Of a stretch of 64,000 nucleotides of DNA, positions 58,101 to 64,000 are shown in pieces. A program made the position numbers and the translations under genes. This DNA comes from an uncultured Hyphomicrobiales bacterium. GTDB taxonomy: Bacteria; Pseudomonadota; Alphaproteobacteria; Rhizobiales; Xanthobacteraceae. How positions within the stretch are numbered: the stretch's first letter is position 1; each line of letters begins with the position of its first letter. Where the stretch lies: the NCBI GenBank assembly GCA_964620215.1, contig CAZUJE010000001.1, positions 726-64,725 on the forward strand, written 5' to 3'. Below the pieces are notes generated by a model. That model was not told the DNA's origin, ran no database searches, and was given only the letters and a program-made list of their open reading frames with translations.

Positions 58101-60421
58101 AGCGCACCTTGCAGGTGAAACTTGATGCGCCTGCGCAAATCCGTCCGCGCACCACGTTGAATGTGCCGGTTACGATCTCCGGACTTGCGTCCGGTGAATC
58201 CGCGCGCGTCACACTTGCGGCGGTCGATGTCGGCATTCTGAATCTGACGAACTATCGCCCGCCGGCGCCCGCCGATCACTATCTCGGTCAGCGCCGTCTC
58301 TCCGGTGAGGTGCGTGATCTTTATGGCGCATTGATCGACGGCATGCAGGGCGTGCGCGGACGCATCCGTTCCGGTGGTGACGAGGGCGGCATGCAGCTTG
58401 GCTCCAATCCGCCGGCGCAGGCACCCCTCGCGCTCTATTCCGGCATTGTGACCGTGGATGCGCAGGGCAAGGCGAATATCTCGTTCGAAGTTCCTGCATT
58501 CGACGGCAGCGCTCGCCTGATGGCGACCGCATGGACCGCGACCAAACTGGGTCAGGGCAATGCCGACGTGATTATCCGCGATCCTGTTGTCATGACTTCA
58601 ACGCTGCCGCGTTTTCTCGGTGTCGGCGACCGCTCCACGCTGCGCGTGGACGTGAACAATGTGGAAGGGCAGGCCGGCGAATATTCCGTGGATGTCGTTT
58701 CCAGTGGCGTCGCAGAGCTCGAAGGCGGCACGCGCAAGGTGACGCTTGCTCCGAAAGGAAGCACTGGCCTTACGCTTCCGCTCACCGGCAAAGGCGCCGG
58801 TCTTGGTAACATCAAAGTACGTATCGCGGGTCCGGGCGATCTTGCGGTCGAGCGGGAATATGCGCTCGGCGTCCGCCCCGCCTACCCGCCGATCGAACGG
58901 CGCACGGTACGCACCCTCGCGCGCAATGAGAGCATTACGGTCGGCTCCGAGGTTTTTGCCGACGTAATCGAAGGTTCCGGGGCGGTGTCGCTGTCGGTGA
59001 CGCCCGCCGGCGCCATCGACGTGCCTTCGCTTCTGTTGTCGCTCGATCGCTATCCGTTCGGTTGTTCCGAGCAAGTGGTGAGCCGCGCACTGCCGTTGCT
59101 CTATCTCAACGAACTCGCCGCCGAGAGCAATCTTGCGCTCGACAAGAGCGTGGATGCGCGCATCAAGGAATCGATCGAGCGCGTTCTCTCGCGTCAATCC
59201 GCCGACGGCAGCATCGGCCTCTGGTCCGCGAATTCCGAAGGCGGAACGGATGTCTGGCTGCATGCTTACGTGACGGACTTCCTCACGCGCGCAAAGGAAA
59301 AAGGCTTCCATGTGCCGGACGGCGCCTTCAGGCAGGCGCTCGAGCGGCTGCGCAACTCGGTGAACATCTCGCGCGATCTTTCGGAAGGCGGGGAGGGCGT
59401 TGCCTACGCGCTCTATGTACTGGCCCGTAACTCCGTCGCGCCGGTCGGCGACATTCGTTATCTCGCCGATGTGAAGCTCGACAATATCGAAACGCCGCTG
59501 GCCAAAGGCCAGATCGGTGCGGCACTCGCGCTGCTTGGCGACAAGGGACGTGCGGAGAAAGTTTTTGGAGCTGCATTTGAATCGCTTCCGAAACAGGCCG
59601 TGGCGCCGGAAGGCGGACGCACCGACTATGGCTCCGACCTTCGCGATGGAGCGGGGCTTGCAACACTTGCGAGCGAAGCCGGTGTGGAGCGCATTGCGCG
59701 TGCTTCCTTCCAGCGGATCGAAGCAATGCGCAAAATCACTCCGCGCGCCAGCACCCAGGAGAATGTGTGGATGGTGCTTGCCGCCCGCGCGCTCGCCAAG
59801 GAAAGCGCAAGCGTGAAACTGGAAATCGACGGCACGGAGCAGAGCGGACCTTACTTCAAGACATTCCGCCGCGCGGAAATGGCCGGAAAAACCGTGCGCA
59901 TCGTCAACAAGGGCGAGCGCCCGGTGCAGATGGTGGTTGGCATCCAGGGCTCTCCGGCTTCTCCAGAACCCGCGGAGGAAAAGGGCTTCAAGATCACGCG
60001 CTCCTATTTCACTCTGGACGGCAAGCCGGTTGATATCTCCAAGGTCAGCCAGAACCAGCGGATCGCGGTCGTCTTGAAGGTGACCGAGAGCGAGAACCTC
60101 AGCGCGCGCCTGATCCTCGCCGATTATCTCCCGGCGGGTCTGGAAATCGACAACCCGCGCCTGGTCGATAGCGCATCAGGCGCTCTCGCCTGGGTCGGGG
60201 AGCAGACCGAGACGGAATACACCGAATTCCGCGACGAAAGATTTGTGGCGGCGTTCAATCGCAACACCGGCGAGAAACCGATGACGGTCGCCTATATCGT
60301 CCGCGCGGTCTCTCCGGGACGTTATGTGCATCCGCCGGCAATCGTGGAAGACATGTACCGGCCGGACCGGTTTGCAAGAACCGCTGCGGGAACGCTTGAA
60401 GTAGTGCCGGCGGGACGCTGA
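55193..60421 (+). CDS. bacterial alpha-2-macroglobulin family protein
   Basis: 1742-aa ORF with an N-terminal signal sequence, the thioester motif GCSEQ (RYPFGCSEQVVSRALP) and large MG-domain repeats. It is followed by pbpC with a 1-nt overlap. Confidence 0.92.
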   Translation: MRAWLSAFFALFFFFCLFLIPLPTYAAEKPYWRSDLNEGARRVEVSAKREAATQAKPVADLRKEVEAAASAKDPVLTSRKLLALAGQTPNDPAVWLRLARTLLVIQTPNATQRNELRDNAIATAYIAYRRASTKNDEAEALSIVGRVYADRQLWRASLDTLKASLELREVAELRTLYDKIREENGFRLLDYTVDSDASAPRVCIQFSEQLAKRTDFSPFISINGIAKPAVTGAERQLCADGLKHGERYEVTVRSGVPSATGETLRRPADLVVYVRDRKPNARFTGRAYVLPRTGQRGIPVLTVNASRVGIEVFRIGDRALVPFALDGNFRQQLEGYEANRIAQSRGQRIYKGELEITSELNKDTTTAFPVDEALGNLAPGVYAMTAGLPGAKKSSDDDEGDYTTKATQWFIVSDLGMTSVSSGDGLDVIVRSLGTAQPVADAEVRLVAKNNEVLATRKTDAQGSARFESGLVKGAGGATPAVVIAEKKPGDYAFLSLNESPFDFSDRGVAGRSTPGALDAMLFTERGVYRTGETVRLTALLRDPQARAVSNVPLTLIVTKPNGVEDRRQTIKEDQVGGRSLDLPLLAGAMTGTWRIRAHTDPKSPAVGETAFLVEDYVPDRIEFALKSAAVEIARGKPVNIDLDGRYLFGTPTVNFEPEGEIEIRTTQFRPGLQGYRFGLVDDEFTTVRRPLNELPRTDAKGHSTLAVELPVVANSSRPMEAQILVRMAEPGGRAMERKLVLPVVASAPMIGVRPQFRDRAGEGENAGFEVVVADTDGKLIARNGLKWELFKIESRYQWYRSGGSWDYEPVRSTRKIADGRLDAVASGPVKISSPVTYGRYRLELSMAEGGPSTSFNFDAGWAGEATADTPDRLELSLDKTEYAPGDTLTVNLSPRSNGSATVMVVGDKVLAKNYVQSAGANSRTTFKVGDDWGPGAYVVAFHHRPMDVAASRMPGRSVGVAWFGVSRVQRTLQVKLDAPAQIRPRTTLNVPVTISGLASGESARVTLAAVDVGILNLTNYRPPAPADHYLGQRRLSGEVRDLYGALIDGMQGVRGRIRSGGDEGGMQLGSNPPAQAPLALYSGIVTVDAQGKANISFEVPAFDGSARLMATAWTATKLGQGNADVIIRDPVVMTSTLPRFLGVGDRSTLRVDVNNVEGQAGEYSVDVVSSGVAELEGGTRKVTLAPKGSTGLTLPLTGKGAGLGNIKVRIAGPGDLAVEREYALGVRPAYPPIERRTVRTLARNESITVGSEVFADVIEGSGAVSLSVTPAGAIDVPSLLLSLDRYPFGCSEQVVSRALPLLYLNELAAESNLALDKSVDARIKESIERVLSRQSADGSIGLWSANSEGGTDVWLHAYVTDFLTRAKEKGFHVPDGAFRQALERLRNSVNISRDLSEGGEGVAYALYVLARNSVAPVGDIRYLADVKLDNIETPLAKGQIGAALALLGDKGRAEKVFGAAFESLPKQAVAPEGGRTDYGSDLRDGAGLATLASEAGVERIARASFQRIEAMRKITPRASTQENVWMVLAARALAKESASVKLEIDGTEQSGPYFKTFRRAEMAGKTVRIVNKGERPVQMVVGIQGSPASPEPAEEKGFKITRSYFTLDGKPVDISKVSQNQRIAVVLKVTESENLSARLILADYLPAGLEIDNPRLVDSASGALAWVGEQTETEYTEFRDERFVAAFNRNTGEKPMTVAYIVRAVSPGRYVHPPAIVEDMYRPDRFARTAAGTLEVVPAGR

Positions 60422-62463
60422 TGAAAAAGACGGCCGTACGTTTTCTTTCGCTCACGCTTGCAGCGGGGGTAACGGCGGCCGTCACTTTGTATTGGCTTCG
60501 CAGCGCGCCGCTCAATCTTGAAAAAATTGAACGTTCGGTCGAAGTCGTTGACCGCGAGGGGCGGCTGCTGCGTCCTTTTGCATTGAACGATGGCCGCTGG
60601 CGGCTTGCCGCCGATCTATCGTCAATCGATCAGCGCTTCATTGAAATGCTGCTGGCCTATGAGGACCGGCGTTTCCGCTCGCATTGGGGCGTCGATCCGT
60701 GGGCTATGCTGCGGGCTATCTGGCAACTCGCGAGCAATGGCCGTGTTGTTTCAGGCGGCTCCACGATCACGATGCAGGTCGCACGATTGCTGGAGCCGCG
60801 CGCGGAACGCACGATCGGCGCGAAGCTTTCGGAAATGCGCCGTGCAATTTCGCTGGAAGCGCGACTGAGCAAGAATGAAATCCTCGCGCTTTACCTGACG
60901 CTCGCTCCTTACGGCGGAACGCTGGAAGGGGTACGCGCGGCTTCCCTGTCTTATTTCGGAAAAGAGCCGCGCAAGCTTTCGCTGGGTGAAGCGGCGCTTC
61001 TGGTCGCGCTTCCGCAATCGCCGGAATTGCGGCGCCCTGATCGCTCGGCGGGCAATGCAAAAGCAGCGCGCGAACGCGTGCTCACGCGAATGATTTCGTC
61101 GAATGTCGTTCGCGGGGTTGAACTGGAACGCGCGTTGGCGGAAACGACTCCTTCCTCACGCAAGGCCATGCCTTTCTTTGCGCCGCATGCGTCTGAGACG
61201 GCGCTCGCCGCCAATCCCGGTCAGAAAATTCACCGTCTTGCCATTGACCGCAACATTCAGGAGCGCGTCGAGGAACTCGCCCGCGAAAAAGTAACAGCGA
61301 TGAATCCCGGACTTTCCACCGCGGTTCTCGTGATCGACAATGCCAGCGGCGAAATTCTCGCGCGAGCGGGTTCGGCGGATTTTTACGATGCGACGCGCGC
61401 AGGCCAGGTCGATATGACCCGCGCCATGCGCTCACCCGGCTCTACGCTGAAGCCTTTTATCTACGGCATTGCCTTCGAGGACGGCGTCGCGCACCCGGAC
61501 ACTTTGATCGAGGACAAGCCGACCCGCTTCGGTGCTTACGCGCCGACTAATTTCGATCTTTCGTTTCAGGGTACGGTGACGTTGCGCCGCGCGCTGCAAC
61601 TCTCATTGAATGTTCCCGCGGTGGTGATGCTCGATGCAATCGGCCCGCAGCGGCTGACGACACGGATCACGGGTGCTGGCGCGCGGCTCGAATTGCCGCC
61701 GGGAGAAATTCCGGGCCTTGCCGTCGGCCTGGGCGGGATTGGAATCCGGCTTGAGGATCTGGCGCTTCTTTATTCTTCACTCGCGCGGCTCGGTGAAGCG
61801 CGTCCGCTCATCGCGCGGATGGATGAGGCGCCGAATACGGTTCGCCTGCGCGGCCGTCTGATGGAGCCGGTCGCAAGCTGGTATGTCGCGCAGGCGCTCG
61901 CCGGTTCTCCGCCACCGGAAAATGCAGTGGGCGGACGCATCGCATTCAAGACCGGCACTTCTTATGGCTATCGCGATGCGTGGTCAGTCGGCTTCGATGG
62001 CAAGCACACCGTTGCGGTCTGGGTTGGCCGTCCGGATGGCCAGCCCGTTCCCGGACTCACCGGGCGGCAGGCCGCCGCGCCGATCCTGTTCGATACATTC
62101 GCGCGCATTGCCTCGAAACAAACGCCGTTGCCCCCGGCACCCGAAGGCGCGCTGATCGCCTCGACTTCCAGACTGCCGCTGCCTTTGCAGCGTTTCGGCA
62201 GGAATGACGTTTCGGCGGATTCTCTCAAGATCGTATTTCCGCCGAACGGCGCGGAGCTTGCGCTTGAAGGCGAATCCGCGCCGATCGCTGTAAAGACAAG
62301 CGGTGGCGCGGGTCCATTCACTTTCCTCGTTGACGGGGTGCCGGTTGGAAATCCCGGCAACGAAAAAACGATTAGCTGGCAGCCAAATGGCCCGGGCTTC
62401 GCGCGGCTGACCGTCATGGATGCGGCTGGTAAAAGCGACAGCGTGTTTGTCCGCCTGCAATAG
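60421..62463 (+). CDS. pbpC: penicillin-binding protein 1C
   Basis: 680-aa ORF with GT51 motif LAYEDRRFRSHWGVD, transpeptidase SXXK in SPGSTLKPF, KTGTSYG, and a PbpC-type C-terminal domain. It shows the classic pairing with alpha-2-macroglobulin. Confidence 0.92.
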   Translation: MKKTAVRFLSLTLAAGVTAAVTLYWLRSAPLNLEKIERSVEVVDREGRLLRPFALNDGRWRLAADLSSIDQRFIEMLLAYEDRRFRSHWGVDPWAMLRAIWQLASNGRVVSGGSTITMQVARLLEPRAERTIGAKLSEMRRAISLEARLSKNEILALYLTLAPYGGTLEGVRAASLSYFGKEPRKLSLGEAALLVALPQSPELRRPDRSAGNAKAARERVLTRMISSNVVRGVELERALAETTPSSRKAMPFFAPHASETALAANPGQKIHRLAIDRNIQERVEELAREKVTAMNPGLSTAVLVIDNASGEILARAGSADFYDATRAGQVDMTRAMRSPGSTLKPFIYGIAFEDGVAHPDTLIEDKPTRFGAYAPTNFDLSFQGTVTLRRALQLSLNVPAVVMLDAIGPQRLTTRITGAGARLELPPGEIPGLAVGLGGIGIRLEDLALLYSSLARLGEARPLIARMDEAPNTVRLRGRLMEPVASWYVAQALAGSPPPENAVGGRIAFKTGTSYGYRDAWSVGFDGKHTVAVWVGRPDGQPVPGLTGRQAAAPILFDTFARIASKQTPLPPAPEGALIASTSRLPLPLQRFGRNDVSADSLKIVFPPNGAELALEGESAPIAVKTSGGAGPFTFLVDGVPVGNPGNEKTISWQPNGPGFARLTVMDAAGKSDSVFVRLQ

Positions 62464-62529
62464 CCGCCGATTGAGCGCGCTCACCGTTTGCGCTAAAGCC
62501 CTCCCGCAATCTTTCCGGCTTTAGTCTCC

Positions 62530-63357
62530 ATGAAAATCTCTCTTTGCAATGAAGTCATCGCAACGCTCTCGTTTGAAGAGCAGTGCAAATTCATCCGCGC
62601 CACCGGCTATGACGGAATCGAAATCGCGCCGTTCACGCTCGGCGATGAGCCGCACAAACTTCCGAAGTCACGCAAGACGGAAATCAAAAAAATCGCCGCC
62701 GATCATGGCGTGCCGATCACCAGCCTGCATTATCTGATGATCGCGCCGGCAGGCATGTCGATCACGTCATCTGACAAGAATGTGCGGACTTTCACAATTG
62801 AAGTGATGCGCGCGCTTTGCGATCTAGCTGCGGAGCTGGGCGCAAAATTGCTGATCCATGGATCGCCCAACCAGCGGCTGCTGGAGCCTGGCAAGGAAGC
62901 GGAACAGACGAAATACGGGATCGAATGTTTCGCGGCGGCGGCGCGCGCCGCGGAAAAGGCAGGCGTTATCTATCTGCTGGAGCCGATGTCGATCAAATCT
63001 ACGGGCTTCGTGAACACGGTCGAGCAGGCGGCCAAGGTGGTTCGCGAGATCAATTCACCCGGTCTGCTCACGATGCTCGATTGCAGCGCGGCCGGTCACA
63101 GCGAAACGGAACCGATTCCGGATGTATTGAAAAAATGGATTCCAACCGGCCTCATCGCGCACATTCACTCCAACGATCCGAACCGGCGCGGGCCGGGTGA
63201 GGGCGACCTCGCCATCGCGCCGATTGTGAAAGCGTTGAAGGAAGCCAATTACAGAGGCGATGCTGCGATCGAGCCTTTCATCTATGAGCCGGATGGCCCC
63301 ACCTGTGCGGCCCGGGGCATCGGCTATTTGCGTGGAATCATGGAGTCGCAGCGTTGA
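62530..63357 (+). CDS. sugar phosphate isomerase/epimerase (xylose isomerase-like TIM barrel)
   Basis: 275-aa ORF with the AP endonuclease 2/TIM barrel pattern (GYDGIEIAP, LLEPM, HIHSND). Confidence 0.82.
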   Translation: MKISLCNEVIATLSFEEQCKFIRATGYDGIEIAPFTLGDEPHKLPKSRKTEIKKIAADHGVPITSLHYLMIAPAGMSITSSDKNVRTFTIEVMRALCDLAAELGAKLLIHGSPNQRLLEPGKEAEQTKYGIECFAAAARAAEKAGVIYLLEPMSIKSTGFVNTVEQAAKVVREINSPGLLTMLDCSAAGHSETEPIPDVLKKWIPTGLIAHIHSNDPNRRGPGEGDLAIAPIVKALKEANYRGDAAIEPFIYEPDGPTCAARGIGYLRGIMESQR

Positions 63358-63523
63358 AATTGGCCGCTTTCCCGCGACTCCCGGCACTGGACTAAATCCG
63401 GCCAATAGGGGATTTTCCCGCCGAACGGACCCAATGGTCCCGTCATCTTCCAATGGTACGCAATCGTACCCCGGGCCTTGCCACTGAAGCCTCGCCCGCA
63501 CACACAAGCATGAAGAGAGTTTC

Positions 63524-64000
63524 ATGACTGCCGCCGCCAAGAAGTCCGCTGCTGCTCACGATTACATTGTGAAAGACATCGGCCTCGCCGAATTCGGCCG
63601 CAAGGAAATTTCCATCGCCGAAACCGAAATGCCGGGCCTGATGGCGACCCGTGAGGAATACGGCAAGAAGCAGCCGCTGAAGGGCGCGAAGATCGCCGGC
63701 TCCCTGCACATGACAATTCAGACTGCGGTGCTGATCGAGACGCTCACGGCGCTGGGTGCGGAAGTGCGCTGGGTTTCCTGCAACATCTATTCGACGCAGG
63801 ATCACGCCGCCGCCGCCATTGCCGCCGCCGGCACGCCGGTATTCGCCATCAAGGGTGAGAGCTTGGTCGAGTATTGGGACTACACCCGCAAACTGTTCGA
63901 GTGGCATGACGGCGGAGTGCCGAACATGATCCTCGATGACGGCGGCGATGCCACGATGTTTGTCCATCTCGGCCTGCGCGCCGAGCAGGGCGACACCGCC
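63524..64000 (+). CDS. ahcY: adenosylhomocysteinase, N-terminal part (3' end outside window)
   Basis: I translated this by hand from the ATG at 63524: [74 protein letters not shown]. It is absent from the ORF track because there is no stop codon in the window. Confidence 0.94.
   Translation, partial: MTAAAKKSAAAHDYIVKDIGLAEFGRKEISIAETEMPGLMATREEYGKKQPLKGAKIAGSLHMTIQTAVLIETLTALGAEVRWVSCNIYSTQDHAAAAIAAAGTPVFAIKGESLVEYWDYTRKLFEWHDGGVPNMILDDGGDATMFVHLGLRAEQGDTA

Noticed and set aside
63358-63523. Possible SAH riboswitch or other leader element upstream of ahcY. I noted two short hairpins with CAAT loops (GGACC-CAAT-GGTCC at 63427-63440, GGTACG-CAAT-CGTACC at 63455-63470) and a repeated CCAATGGT.
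   Set aside because: I could not find the conserved SAH-riboswitch core as I remember it. The stems are only 5-6 bp. Without a covariance-model scan this cannot be told apart from chance structure.

Overview
High-GC alphaproteobacterial chromosome segment; the gene order suggests Hyphomicrobiales (Bradyrhizobiaceae/Xanthobacteraceae-like), but I could not check this against a database. Positions 1-48.5 kb are conserved housekeeping core: fabI, a membrane class III cyclase, katA-oxyR, the pnp-rpsO-truB-rbfA-infB-ylxR-nusA-rimP cluster, trmB, lnt-corC-ybeY-phoH-miaB, plsC, fur, rimI-tsaB, nfu, usp, trpS, adenosine kinase, maeB, mutS, osmC, glnD, a class A PBP, phaZ, an ABC-2 exporter, regB-regA, mmcB, tRNA-Arg(CCG), yqhA and msrA. 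After tRNA-Ser(GGA) at 48520-48609 the composition changes by eye, with more A/T-ending codons. This ~6.4 kb accessory islet holds a 5'-truncated DUF2478 gene fragment and a four-gene heavy-metal RND efflux operon. The operon is bracketed by a perfect 19-nt direct repeat, and the islet ends in a ~550 bp AT-rich non-coding spacer that carries a 12-nt copy of the tRNA-Ser 3' end. Core-like sequence resumes with an alpha-2-macroglobulin/PbpC pair, a TIM-barrel isomerase and the start of ahcY. I saw no rRNA, CRISPR array, IS element, transposase, integrase, prophage, toxin-antitoxin or recognisable phage-defence genes. The best candidate for something undescribed is the repeat-bracketed efflux cassette with its unusual periplasmic parts: a His-motif adaptor with a duplicated signal/His module and a TM hairpin, a paralogous small periplasmic protein, and a secreted Cys-cluster protein. 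Family assignments come from motif recognition in the ORF translations, not from searches. Start codons were adjusted by hand where an internal ATG fits the family better.
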